NCBI RefSeq assembly: GCF_964194155.1
Contig: NC_135881.1
Coordinates: 48,546,001 to 48,610,000, forward strand
Reading direction: 5' to 3'
DNA length: 64,000 bases
Source: Cetorhinus maximus
Taxonomy: Eukaryota
In this document: piece after piece, positions 33,277-45,877 of the stretch
Position numbering within the stretch: the first letter of the stretch is position 1
Layout of the letters: each line of letters starts with the position of its first letter
Program-made: the position numbers and the translations under genes
Notes under the pieces: generated by a model
Database searches by the model: none
Seen by the model: only the letters and a program-made list of their open reading frames with translations
What the model was told of the DNA's origin: nothing

Positions 33277-35258
33277 GGCCTAGATTTTTGTGGAGTTATG
33301 AAGACTACACAGTGCCATTGGGAACCCAGATCCAGATGTCCCATCCCCATTACCGACAGTTTCTATTTTCACCAGCAGGGAAACAGTGGAATTTGCTACT
33401 GTAAACTGTGCTGGGAGTGGATCATAGTAAGGTTATGCCTACATTTAGAGGTGATAATATTCTATTGCTGATTGGATTTAATAAAATATTGTTTTCATTG
33501 CTGAGTTCAAACAGACCCCATTTTCACTGGAGCAAGGGCCTTTTACCGCAGTGTGAGAGTTACGATTTTTTAGAGTGGACATAAATGTTCGTAAAGGGTG
33601 GATAAGATCTGTGGAAAATCAAATCTTCTGTTAAAGTTAAATCTCCTGCCTTTCAAATTTTGGGGAAAAGCCTGCCTGTGTCTGTGAGTTCAAAAAAACT
33701 CTGCTTGCATTTCAATGTTTGTTGACTTGACCATATGTGCTATCATTATAACATTATTACTGTTTGACGGCTCCCATAACATTTTTCTTATGCATTCACA
33801 GGATGTTAGCATCACTGGTTAGGCTGGCATTTGTTGTCCCTAATTGCCTTTGAGAAGGTGGTGATGAGTCATGCACTTGAACCGCTGCAGTCCATGTGGC
33901 GTGGGTATGCACACAGTGCTGTTAGGAAAGCAGTCCCAGGATTTTGACCCAGTGACAGTGAAGGAACAGTGATACAGTTCCAAGTCAGGATGGTTGCAGT
34001 TTGGAGGAAAATTTGCAGGCGGTGGTGATCCCATGCATCTACTGCCCTTGTCCCAGGTGGTAGAGGCCGGGGGTTTAGAAGGTGCTGTTAGGGAGCCTTG
34101 GTAAATTTCTGTAGTGCATCTTGTAGATTGTACACACTGTTGCCACTGTGCATCAGTGGTGGAGGGAGTGAATATTGAAGGTGATGGATAGGGTGCCAAT
34201 CAACAGGGCTGATTTGTCCTGAATGATGTCGAGCTTCTTGAGTGTTGTTGGACCTGCACTCATCCAGATGTATTCCATCACACTCCTAACTTGTGCCTAG
34301 TGGATAGTGGACAGGCTTTGGGGAGGCAGGAGGTGAGTTACTCATTACAGAATTCCTAGCCTCTGACCTGCTCTTGTATCCACAGTATGCATATGGCCGG
34401 TCCACTTCAGTTTCTGGTCAATAGTAACCCCCAGATGTTAATAATGGGGGATTCAGTGATGGTAATACCATTGAATGCCAAGGAAAGATGGTTGGATTCT
34501 CCTGGAGAAACCTGTCATTATCACAGTGGGGGAGTGCTGGGGCATGGGGGCTGTGTACTGTAAGTTCACAATTTTATTGACAGCTCCAAGAGGTTTTTAA
34601 AGGGTTAGCTGTCTTTGATGTGGGGTTATGAATCCAAATGTTCATTTTTATTAGGGATTAAATAGATTGAGATGGGCTTTTATGAATAAGAATATATATA
34701 TATACACATATGTATATATATACTATCCATGGTGGATACTAGGTAAGTTGGCATGGAGGGCGCAAGGGTGAAGACTGGTGGGGGCATGGGTTGACATGAG
34801 TTGGCACTGAGTTGGCATAAGGGCTGTAAGGGGCCATGAGATGAATGGGAGGTCATGAGTTAGCATCAAGTTAGCATAGGAGCTAAAAGGGGCCATATGG
34901 ATGAGTGGGTTCATGGGTTGGAATGAAGAGTACGAGGTGTCCATTGGAGATGTGTGGGTTGCCATGAGCTGGCATGGATGGGACATGGGGAGTGGGTTGG
35001 GAGGTGAGAGGGTGTGAGAGGTACACAGCTGGGACGGTCTTCCAGAGAACTAAGGGAGACCTTATAACCAGCCCACCTTAGCACTTGATCTGCGTCAGGG
35101 GGTGGCATGCCCAAGTCTATCCCATACCCCCCCTCCCCCACCCAACCCCCAATGGAATGATGACCCTGCCATTTGGGGCACTATTTCCTCGGCTGGGTGC
35201 AGTGAGCCGGAAAGTTCCCCAACTCTGCTCACCTGCCTCAGGAGTGAAAATCCAGGCC
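33277..35258. mobile_element. Non-autonomous Harbinger-type element nested in the previous one
   Basis: TIR GGCCTAGATTTT / AAAATCCAGGCC; TSD TTA (33274-33276, 35259-35261); interior 34725-35258 homologous to ~61085-61594. Confidence 0.72.
33790..34502 (-). mobile_element. LINE A 3' fragment (innermost element of the nest)
   Basis: Reverse complement of the LINE A 3' region including the tail (PTPHGLQRFK...HHLLKGN frame). Confidence 0.82.
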
Positions 35259-37466
35259 TTACTTTGGCCTCATGGGGGACCCGACAGCTGTGCATTAATG
35301 TGCATCAGATTCTTCAGGTTTGCTAGAAAAAAACATTGAAATTCCAATTGCGAGCCCACAGACCCTTGAACGAGCATTTTAAAGAGATTAACTAGCAGCA
35401 AGTGGGTTTCCCATTACATCCCCTTCTCCGAAAGCCCTTTGAAAATTGGGAAGTGTCCAGGAGGCATTAGAATCCCAAGACCATGATTTTTAAATCCCTC
35501 CCACATCGGGTCCCAATCCTGCCAGCATTTGAAAATCTAGCCCCATGTTTCCGCAGGGAGCCAGGCAATCTCAAGGTGAATTCTCAGATGGGAATGGGTG
35601 CAGGTGGCCAGGGATATCAGTGCAAGTAATCTGATCCTAATACCTATCAGCAGCGCCACAAGTAGTGCTATGGCCTCACATGGTTGGTCAAGATCAGTGA
35701 ATGCAGCTTCACATGATATCTCCTAACTAGCACACCACTAACATCTCACACTACGCAACGCTCTACATCCCGATCACTCACCTAACACCAGTCTGTGACA
35801 CTTAGGACTCTGGCCTAAAACCCAGATACTTCACCTCAGCCTCACATGCATTCCAATGATGCTAGCCTCACACACAGTTCCCCCTGCTTCCACACAGCTC
35901 CAACTATTCACCTGTGGCCGGCAGATCATTCAAACATGGTGCAAAACAATCACTGCTAATTTTCCTTCTCTCTTGCAGGATCAGGTGGCACATAACAGGA
36001 GAGAGCAGAGCAGAACCAACAAGGACACCTGCAACTCCTCAGCCCCACAGAGGAGATGATTCCCTGCATCGTGAAACTGGCTGCAACAGGGCCTGTGGTG
36101 TCTGATGTCACTGAGAACATTGGGGATGAAGGGATGTTCCTGCCTTATTTGCTATTCCCGAAAGCCAGGTGGTGAATATAGAACTGGAGCCAATCTTTTG
36201 TAAGTATTTATTTACAGAAATACACATTATAAACAGGCACTTCCTCATTCAACAAACACATTTTCATCTGTTCCTATTCATAGGGGCTCAAGTGAATCCC
36301 CAGTTAATTCCCACCACCTGCATTACAAGAAGATAAAATGAATATACAATTAAAACCTTATGCCCCTTCTCAATTCCAGCTCAGCCTCAGCCATCCTCCG
36401 ATTTGACATGATGAGAAAACTGCAGATAGCGTTACCATGGACCTCTTGCTTTCTATCCCAACCCTCTCCCCTCACCCCAGCATTCTCCATTCTGATTTCC
36501 TGCTCTCAAATGCCCAGGAACTGCTGCCTGGGCAGTCACAGGTAACCTAAAAAATAAAGTGAGTGCAATATTACAGTATTAGTGAGGAGGCCTCTCCACT
36601 TGATCCCACACTCAAGAGCCACCAGCTCAGATAACAGCACAGGCTAGCATTGACATGGGATCAGCACATGGAGTGTCACCATGCACAACTGGACTGCAAC
36701 CAAGCTAGGGAAAAGAGTAACTCATGCGCCACCCCAGGTTGAGGTTGCAGACTACAGAGGACTCTGACGAGAACTTCAGTGGAGAAGCCTACAGGAGAAT
36801 GCTGATGAGGATTCACAGCAAGATGTTGGGTACAATGGCTGGTCTACCCAACCAGTTTCCTATCACTGTCAAGAAGCATGGAGGAGTCCAACTTGACAGA
36901 GGGCATCACATGGAGCTTGCTCACTGTGCAGCCTCCTCCTGTCACGTTGTAGACCCAGAGGCAGTGCCACTTCTGCCATCCTACCTGTTGCAGCCTTTAT
37001 GTGGACAGGTCACCAAATCCTTTGCCCTCCTTGTGAGGATATGGCAACATTCCCTGTCAAATCCAGCTACTCAACACAACACCTCCAGAAACACTCCACA
37101 GATACTTTGTAAAAGCCATTCTAAATGACCTTATATGTAATTGGAGTGCCCAGCCATAATGCTACTGCTGGGTCCCTAATTCAGCAGAATACATGCTTTT
37201 TGGTGAGTGCCAAGCTAAAATATTGAACGGAGCTTTGCGGTCCAAGGTCACAAACAGCACGTCAAATCAGCCAATAGGGCAGAGCGACGTCATGACAGCA
37301 CCAGTTGGGAGGCTTCTGGCGCAGGTAGGGATACCGATGAGAGCATCCTTCCCAGCAGGAGGCTGCACCAAAAGCATCTGGAGGAGCAGTGTGCCCCACC
37401 TGGAGCGCCTCCAGCTTTGGTAGTGCCATTGGTTGGTGCTACAGATCCAAATTTCACAACCTCTTT

Positions 37467-38135
37467 GGGAAGAATTTTCCCGTCGACGAGCGGGATTGGG
37501 TCCCTCTCGCTAACGCGTAAAATGACGCGTGGTGACGTCGGGCGGGCGTCCCGATGTTACCGTGTGTCATTTAGATTGCCAGTTCGGCGGACACGCAGCC
37601 GCATCAGCTGCATGCCCACGGAACTGTCAAAGGTCTATTAAGGCCATTAACAAAGTAATTAAAGTTGTTAAGAAGCTGCCTGTCCCACCTTAAGGTTGGC
37701 GGGCAGGCGAAGAGCCCAGGCGGCCTCCGTATTTTTCATGAAACCTCATCCACGGGCAGGATGAGGTTTCAAGAAGAGTTCATTAGTTAAATAAAAGTTT
37801 TTGAAAAAAATTAATGGACATGTCCCAGCTCATGTGACAGACTTTATTATATTTTTCACAACTTTAACAAATCTCCCTGAGACATCTCAGTGCCTCAGGG
37901 ACATCTCTGCACTCTTTCGTGTGCATGTGCGAAAGAGCGCCGTCCCCGACTCAGGGAATCCCCCCGCCCGCACAGGGAGCACTCAGTGCTTCCGGGTGTG
38001 TGTCACGCTGGGTGGGCCTTAATTGTCCTGTCCACATAAAATGGCGGTGCGCACCCGATCAGGGGCGCCGATCGGGTTCACGCTCACTCCCGCCTGCCCC
38101 CGCACAACCCCCCCAACGGGGGGAAAATTCAGCCC
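37467..38135. mobile_element. GC/CpG-rich Harbinger-type MITE
   Basis: TIR GGGAAGAATTTTCCC / GGGAAAATTCAGCCC; inverted homologue at 60413-61042. Confidence 0.75.
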
Positions 38136-39002
38136 TATGTCTATTTTCACCCCCCCTTCCTCACTTCTTCTAATGCTTAACTTCTTCATTGCTTGTATTT
38201 TCTGGTGATTGCTAAATGTCCTTAATAACACACCAAAGAAATATATGGGACCCTCAGAGATTGGTATAAATAGATAGAATCATAACTGAGAAAATTACAG
38301 ATTACTAGCCTATTGGGGTATATATCATACATCTACTGATGGCTCTTTATTGTGCAATTATCAAAATTCCAGACAGATCTGTGCTCCTTCACCAAGAATA
38401 CATGTTGTATTTACATTTTATATATCTTGACAAATATTTTCTTCCTTCATTCTGCTTATGAGCTAAATATAATTGTGAAGATCAAAAACAACCATGTACA
38501 TCTTAATTATGAATGATTTTATCAAGAGAAGGGACCACTAAAGCCAAGAAGTGATAAAAAAAAAATGAGAGGGGTGGGAAATGTAATCAAGACTCCCACT
38601 CATTGCATGAGCTTCAGAGCATCATGGGCATAAATCCCCCCTCATGCCATTCCACCAAAGATACCCCTAAATAACTGAATATGTCTGAGATAAAAGGAAA
38701 CTCTCTTTAAACCATCAGACTGCTGGCGATCTACCAGGAGAACTGTCACATTCATACTGAAGAAATAAGTGAATGGAAAGATATGATATAGTGGTGTTAA
38801 TTGATGCCATTGAAAATTAGGGTTTGGGGGTGATTCATAAGACTTCCTTCTCAGACTGCTACCAACCAAAGCAACAACTCCCCATTGTGGACAGTAGAAT
38901 TCTTATGATTTTATTAATTGATGTGTGCAAAAAATGCCTAGAGGATGAAAAAATCAATATGCTTGATCAAGGTATTAGTGCTAATGACAGCTATTGCGGG
39001 AA

Positions 39003-39357
39003 GGCTGTGGCATAGTGTTATCATCACTGGATTAGTATTCTAGAGACTCAGGGTAATGCTCTGGGGACCCGGGTTCAAATCCTGCTATGGCAGATGGTAC
39101 AATTTGAATTCCATAAAAATCTGGAATTAAAAGTTTGATGATAACGACCATGAAACCATTGCTGATCATCATAAAAACCTATCTGGTTCATTAATGCCCT
39201 TTAGGGAAGGAAATGCTGGTCTGGCTTATCTGTGACTTCAGATCCACAGCAATGAGGTTGACCCTTAAAATGCCCTCTGAACAAGGGAACAATTAGGGAT
39301 GGGCAATAAATGCTGGCCTAGCCAGTGACACCCACATCCCATGAATAAATAAAAAAA
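39003..39357 (+). mobile_element. Near full-length tRNA-derived SINE with LINE A-derived 3' tail
   Basis: A-box-like tggcatagtg, B-box gggttcaaatcc, central ggttcattaatgccctttagggaagg; tail aattagggatgggcaataaatgctggcctagccagtgacacccacatcccatgaat + A-run, matching LINE A ends (~10337-10396, ~54676-54743). Confidence 0.82.
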
Positions 39358-39559
39358 GGAGAATGGCTCCTGAGATTAGGCAACTAAAACAACAAAGGAG
39401 ATCCAAGTGTTACAGTCAGAAAATACATCAATGAAGAAGACTGGGAGTATTGCCAACACGAAGGAAGAATGCAACATGGAATGCCAATATTGACTAGTTG
39501 AGCCAAAAGATCTGTTTCTGCGCTCTATTTCTATATAATAAACAAGAAGACATTAGGAA

Positions 39560-40088
39560 CTTTTCAGACTGGGAACTGAACCTTAACATCAATAAATTAG
39601 AAATATGACCTACAACTTAGAAAACAAGAAACAAAATGGGGTGGAAGAGCAAAGGGGTCTAGGGATATGGGTGCTCAAATCATTAAAAGCAACACTGCAG
39701 TTCAGTAAAGCAATTATAAATGTTAACAAAGCAAGCCTGTGATTTATTTCCAGAGGTATGGAATTCAAAGGTAATGAAGCGATATTAAACTTGTATAGGA
39801 CTCTGGACAGGCCCCATTCAAAGTGCTGTGATTAGTCGTGGCCTCCGTACCATAAAAAGGCTATAAAAACACCAGAGAAAGTGCCAAAAAGATTTACAAG
39901 GATGGTATTAGAATTGAAAGATTACAACTATCAGGAAGGATTGAACAGGTTGGGTCTTTTATCTTTAAGAAAGGGAAGACTTTGAGGAGATGTGATAGAG
40001 CCCTTTAAAATTCTTAATAGCTTGGACAGAGTAGATGTGGAAAGAACGTTTCCAGTTGCACAAGAATCCAAAATGATGGGCCATAAAT
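39560..40088 (+). mobile_element. Old CR1 ORF2 C-terminal fragment
   Basis: LNLYRTL.RP...KRFTRM...YQEGLNRLGLLSL...FKILNSLDRVD.E..FP. Confidence 0.7.
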
Positions 40089-40744
40089 ACTGCTGCAGGT
40101 GTCCACTGCTTGTATACAGAAGATGTGAACTCCCAGCAGCCGACTTGTCAGCCTGGTTAACAGTGGGTGCTGACATCACCGCACATGGAATTTCAGGGTC
40201 ATTGATTTAAAGTGCCCCAAATACAAGCTGACGTTAGGCAGCAAAAAAAACCCTCAAAGTAATTCCAAAATTACAGAAAGGAGATCTAATAAAATCAATG
40301 CTATACAAAAGAGTAACTGTAAACATTGCAAAAAAAAATGTACAAAGCTCCTCTGAGCTCTATTGTCCATGGAGCTTTCAATGCTCCCATTCCAGATGGG
40401 TGCACAAAGAGAAATCACTTTTAGCAGTTTGCACACATGTAAATTCCACATGACATTCAATATTCCAAAGGGTTAACCTATGGCGTTTCATTCCAGAGTT
40501 GTGTGCCAGTGACAAAACACTGACTTTGGATTTTTTTGTTTGCAATTCACTGTTATTGAGATTAATTTACTTTACACATTTTCCGTTTGTGAATTTGATT
40601 GCACTTTAGCAAACTGAAGCTAATTCCCACATTGTGCTCGATAATCAATTAAATACTTTTGCATGAAATCTGAAGCTTCATTAAGGCTAACACACTAACT
40701 AGGAACTAAGTAGCTCACATAATTCAGCACTGTAGCGAATGAAA

Positions 40745-41193
40745 AGAAAGACCTGGACTTATAAAGCATCTTTTATAACCTGAGGATAGCCCAAAGCACT
40801 TCATAGCCAATTGAAATGTAGTCAATGCTGTAATGCAGGAAACGTGGCAGCCAATTTGCATACAGCAAACTCCATAAACAACAGTATGATAATGACAGAT
40901 AATCTGTGTTTGTGATGTTAATTCAGAGTTAAATATTGGCTAGGACCTCCAAGAAACCTCCTCTGCTCTTCTTCGAAATAGTGCCGTAGCATCTTTTAAA
41001 TCCCCTGAGAGGCAGACGGGATCAAGATTTAACATCTGAAACGAAAGATGGCACCTCCAACAGTGCACCACTCTCTCAGCACTGCACCGGAATGTCAGTC
41101 TTGATTTTTTTGTGTTCAAGACCTGGACTGGGTACATGACGTACGACCTTCTAACTCAGGGGTGGGAGAGCTAAAGCTGAGCCATGGCTGACA
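40745..41193 (-). mobile_element. DeuSINE (SacSINE1-like), near full length
   Basis: Reverse complement: tgtcagccatggctcag head, ...gtgcagtgctgagagagtggtgcactgttggagg..., tgctgtatgcaaattggctgcc (Deu-like domain), L2-like tail. Confidence 0.72.
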
Positions 41194-41227
41194 TGCAAAA
41201 AGATGATCTTACTGTAGCAGAACATGG

Positions 41228-41427
41228 TTGCCTGGTGCCGAAGCTGTTGCTGGTTGTGGATCTGTGCTCAGTGCCGGTGCTGTTGTCACTGCCAGCGTTG
41301 GTGCTGGAGTTGTTGCTGGTGTTGGTGGGAGTGCCAGTGCTGGTGCCAGAGCTATTGTGGATGCCAGTGCTAGCAGTGGAGCTGTTGCCAGTGCTGGTGT
41401 TGAGCTGCTAACAGTGCCAGTGCTGGA
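41228..41427. repeat. Degenerate 6-bp-unit tandem repeat (GCCAGT/GCTGGT/GCTGTT variants)
   Basis: gtgccagtgctggtgccag...gctgttgccagtgctggtgttg; explains the overlapping low-complexity ORFs on both strands. Confidence 0.7.
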
Positions 41428-41948
41428 AGCGCAACTCTGATAATCAGCTTTAAACCCATGAGCTGCCAAGACTCAGCCTCATTTCGAGGAGCGAAAACGG
41501 CTTGAAAGAAGTGTCAGTTTGTCTTTCTATCAATGCAAGTCTAAACTGATTTAACCGATAGAAAATGAGAATCATCTTGGTACAGTTGTATTTTTTTAAA
41601 TTCACTCTAGTTATACAGAACAAACAAAACATCTTTCTTATTAATTAATGCATTGGTTAACAAATCAATTTACTTCTGCTGCAAGCATTAGAATAAAATT
41701 CATAAGTAAGATATTGCGAAAAAAGCAATAATATTTTTAATTATGAGAATTCTTTAATAATTTAAAAGCAACTGACTATGTGAAACACTGTTTAACCTAC
41801 AGGGCTGGAACATGGGATTAGAGATTATAGCTCTTTTTCAGCCAGAACCTACATGATGGGCTGAATGGCCTCCTTCTGAGCTATAAATCTCTCTAACTTT
41901 CTCTTAGATTGTTTTGAAGTGGAAAAGGGCAATTTTTAAAAATACTGA

Positions 41949-42608
41949 GGGCAGAATTGTCCAGTCCTGTTGGTGGCAGGCGCCATGGCGGGCATGAGCG
42001 GACAATATGGCGAGAAAGCCAAAAATCAGTTTTGTACTGTCATGAAGCCAGTTTGTGATCGTCCGCTCCACCCATTAATGGCGGGCCGTGTTTCCCAACG
42101 TGCAGCGTCGGGAACCTAATTTCAACACCTTAGTGTCTCATTATAAACCCAGTTCACCGGAACCATCCCCCCCCCCCTTACTCTTTCTGCACTGGATGGC
42201 CAACCTCTTCTGTGCAGCGTTGGCACTGATCCCCACTGCCTCCACCTCCCAAGCCAGTGGTGATATTGCTGGACCTCCTGAGGCCAGAACAGGGCTGGAG
42301 GACATCACGGCGGGCCTCCACAAGGCATTTTAGTGACGGGTCACCGAACTTTTCTTGTCTTTCACTGGAGCAGTCCTGGGCTGCAAGCATTGAGAACTGT
42401 GTGTGCAGCTGCAGTTTAGATATGGCACCCGGAGTGAGGAAACGGAGAGGTAACGGAGTGGCGGGCGACTCAGATGCCGCCCACCAGTGAGACGGCGTGT
42501 TTCCCTGTGGCTGCATCATTAATGAGGTGGGAAGCAGATGATACAACGTGAAAACCCACCAATGCGGCTGGCGGGTAAAACTTAGGGAAATCGGGGACAA
42601 TTCCACCC
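41949..42608. mobile_element. Harbinger-type MITE
   Basis: TIR GGGCAGAATTGTCC / GGACAATTCCACCC; TSD TGA (41946-41948, 42609-42611). Confidence 0.8.
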
Positions 42609-42875
42609 TGAGATATGCATAAGAATGCTGTTATGGCCACACATGTCTGTACAGTTGCTTATAAGTGTGCAGACTTTCCATTTAAAATAAAGAATTGTTT
42701 GCTTCTGAAGCCTTCACAGAGATGGTTCTACTCTAGTAAATTGGAATAAACTGTTGTGGTATATGTACAGAAAGGGTAGGATGGTTTTAGCTAACCATTC
42801 TTCTGGTGGCAATGTAATTTGATCCAGTGGCACTAGTTTGTGCTGCTCATGGTGCAGCAAGCAATGTTAAATCCA

Positions 42876-44350
42876 TGGCACTGGCCATAATTTTTCAGTC
42901 TTTCCTAGACTCAGGGGAGGTGCCAGAGGACTGAAGAATTGCAAACATTACTGCCTTGCTCAAAAAAGGTTGTATGGATAAGCCCAGCAATTACAGACCA
43001 GTCAGTTTAACTTCAGTGGTGGGCAAGAATCTAGAAACAATTATTCAGGATAGAATTAGTAGTCACATGGAAAAATGTGAGTAGATAAGGAAGAGCCAGC
43101 ATGGATTTCTAAAGGGGAAATCATGTTTAACTAACTTGCTGAAGTTTCTTCAAGAGGTCGATAAGGGTAATGCTGTTGATGTGGTGTACATGGACTTTCA
43201 AAAGGCATTTGATACAGTGCCACACAACAGGCTTGTGCGAAAAGTTATTGTTCATGGAATAAAAGGGACAGTAGCAACATAGATACAAAATTGGCTGAAA
43301 AATAGGAAGCAGAGAGTAATGATCAATGGATATTTTTCAGGCTGGACGAAGTTTTCTAGTGGAGTTCCTCAGGGATTGGGACCCTTGCTTTCTCTGATAT
43401 ATATTAATGATCTAGATCTTGGTGTGTAGGGAACAATTTCAAAGTTTGGGAGTGTTGTAAACTGCAAGGAGTACAGTGTAGAATTTCAAAAGGACGTAGA
43501 TGAGTTGATGGAGTGGGCAGATAGGTGGCAGATGAAGTTCAATGTGGAGAAATGTGAGGTGATGAATTTTGGTAGGAAGAACATGGACAGACAATATAAA
43601 ATAAGGGGTGAAATTTTGAAGGGGGAGCAGGAGCAGAAAGACCTGGATGTATATGTGCATAATTCATTGAAGGTAGCAGGACAGGTGGAGTGAGCATTTA
43701 ATAAATCATATAGTATCCTGGACTTTATTAATAGGGGCATAGAGTACAAGAGCAGGGAGGTTATGCTGAATTTATATAAGACACTCGTTAGACCTCAGCT
43801 GGACCATTGTGTACAGTTCTGGGCACCACATTATAGGAAGGATGGGGACACATTGGAGAGAGTGCTGAAGAGGTTTACGAGAATGGTTCCAGGGATGAGA
43901 AACTTCAGTTACAAAGATAGATTGGAGAGGCTGAGACTGTTCTCCTCGGAGAGAAGAAGGCTAAGAGGAGATGTGATAGAGATGTTCAAAATCATGAGGG
44001 AGCTGGACAGAGTAGATAGGGAGAAGCTGTTCCTGCTCATAAAAGGATCAAGAATGAGAGGGCATAGATTTAAAGTGATTTGCAAAAGAAGCAAATGTGA
44101 CGTGAGGAAAAACTTTTTCAGGCAACGAGTGGTTCGGGTCTGGAATGCACTGCCTGGAAGTGTGGTGGAGGCAGGTTCAATCAAGGCATTCAAGAGGGCA
44201 TTAGATGATTATTTGAATAGAAACAATGTGCAGGAGTCCGGAGAAGAGGCAGGGCAGTGGCACTAGGTCATGATGCTCATTTGGAGAGCTGGTGCAGATA
44301 CGATGGGCCGAATGGCCTCCTTCTGTACCATTAAAATTCTGTGATTCTGT
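42876..44350 (+). mobile_element. CR1 (HER1-like) LINE, RT through 3' UTR, degenerate
   Basis: NYRPVSLTSVVGK, SQHGFLKGKSCLTNL, YMDFQKAFDTVPH, GVPQG, LYKTLVRPQLD.CVQFWAPHYRKD; tail atgggccgaatggcctccttctgtacc...ttctgtgattctgt. Confidence 0.92.
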
Positions 44351-45292
44351 TGCTCGCCGTATCTGGAAGCCTTACACAATGCTGAAAAGGTTGCTATTTA
44401 ACATAACAAAGGGGACCAGCAGCACATTCACTAATTTCCCATTTGCCGCTCACAAATACAGAAATAGTGGACGGGATTTAATTCTCCGCCACCCCTAGGA
44501 GTGAGCTGGGATCTGGTGGGGAGAGGGCTGTATGATCAAGTCAGAAGACTCGGGTGGAAAGCCAGTTGCTTTCCCAATTGGGTCGGGGTGAGGAAGGTCG
44601 AGGTTGGCCTTGCCATCCATAGGACAAATTGAGGCCCTTAAGTGAACAGTCAAAGGCCTCTTAAGGGCCTCATCCAGCTACCACTGGTATTCTACCAGTG
44701 TTCCCTCTGCCCTCCGCAACAACCCCAACCTTTCGCCAGGGCCTGCCTTGACTGGGCCCAGTGGGCCTACCCCACTGACCTCTCTTCTGGGTCTTCCACC
44801 AATGCTGTTGTTCCAGTGCCTCCTGCAGTCCCAGTTGTGGCCTCTGATCAAGCTGCTGGGACCGAAGAGCTGCTGGCTCTCTGATTGGCCGGCAGCAGAT
44901 AACTGTCTGATTGTTATTTCATCCCATTAGGGCTCCCGGAAATGCCTACCATGGGGTTGCTACCAGCTTTCCTGTCAGTGGAAAGGGGCAACATGATGAC
45001 CATTAAATTCAGCTCAGGGAGTGCCAATTTCAGCAGACTGGCAGAATGGAAGTCTTCTATATCTTTACAGGTCACAGCCCAGATCAAGGTGATAAAAAAT
45101 GATTGGCTTTGGACTGAGTAAACACAAAACATGAATTACCTCAACAATTTTCAGAAGAGGACTATAATGTTCCATCATTGACATATATAGACTTTGAAAG
45201 ACATTTTCGGGAATGGGTGAAAAAAGTCATTCAATGTGTGATATGCTGTACTAATAAGACACCTGTTTAAAATTCTGGTTTCAGCCTCCTAA

Positions 45293-45655
45293 ATATAGCT
45301 AAGATAGCTAGGGAACAGAGTTTGGAGCAAGGACCAAAGACAATGGCTTTGGTCTTCCCAATATTTAAGTGGAAGAAATTTCTGCTCATCCAATACTGGA
45401 TGTCAGATAAGCTGTCTGGTAGTTTAGCAACAGTGGAGGAGTCAAGAGAGGTGGTGGTGAGTTGGAGCTGGGTGTCATCAGTGTACATGTGAAACTAATG
45501 CTGCGCTTTTGGCTGATGTCACTGAGGGGCAGCATGTGGATGAGGAACAGGATGGGGGCCAAGGAGAGATCCTTGAGGGACATCAGAGGTAACAGTGCAG
45601 GAGAGAGAAGCGTAGCCATTGCATGTGATAATCTGGCTGCGATTAGGCAGATATG
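45293..45655 (-). mobile_element. L2 LINE RT fragment
   Basis: Minus strand VPQGSLLGP..., HMYTDDTQL, LSDIQYWMSRNFFHLNIGKTKAIVFG. Confidence 0.82.
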
Positions 45656-45868
45656 GGCATTGCTGGCAAAGCCAGAATTTTTTTGTCTATCCCTAAATGT
45701 CCTTGAGTAGGTTGTGGTGAGCTGCCTACAACAGAGTGGCTTCCGAGGGCCAATTCAGAGGACAGTTAACCTCATTGTTGTGGGTCTGGAGTCACATGTA
45801 AGCCTAACCACATACGGATGGCAGATTTCCTCTCCTGAATGACATTAGTGAACAAGATGGGTTTTTGT
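45650..45868 (-). mobile_element. tRNA-SINE (LINE A partner) 3' fragment
   Basis: Reverse complement of the central and 3' part of 39003-39357. Confidence 0.7.
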
Positions 45869-45877
45869 GAGCATTAT

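Larger units (their letters stand above)
32956..35543. mobile_element. Non-autonomous Harbinger-type element inserted into the Myb exon
   Basis: TIR GGGCCAGATTTTCAAA / TTTGAAAATCTAGCCC; TSD CAT (32953-32955, 35544-35546). Confidence 0.75.
32546..37460 (+). mobile_element. Second Harbinger relic (Myb/SANT gene remnant), interrupted by nested insertions
   Basis: RASTPRFMDVALKSLMVEVNR (~32875-32950) resumes after 35546 with ...EWVQVARDISAS...; next exon ttgcag|DQVAHNRREQSRT (~35980). Ends approximate. Confidence 0.6.

Noticed and set aside
38690-38760. VDRQQSDG as the missing upstream exon (expected ...VDIDQC..DGWF.GTHKC)
   Set aside because: Lacks the conserved Cys, Trp and His residues. I did not find that exon in the window; it probably lies beyond 64000.
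39003-39090. tRNA gene
   Set aside because: A/B boxes are present but it is a SINE head continuing into a SINE body and LINE tail.
41228-41427. CRISPR array or antifreeze glycoprotein gene
   Set aside because: No repeat-spacer structure, eukaryotic context, no regular Thr-Ala-Ala period and no signal peptide.
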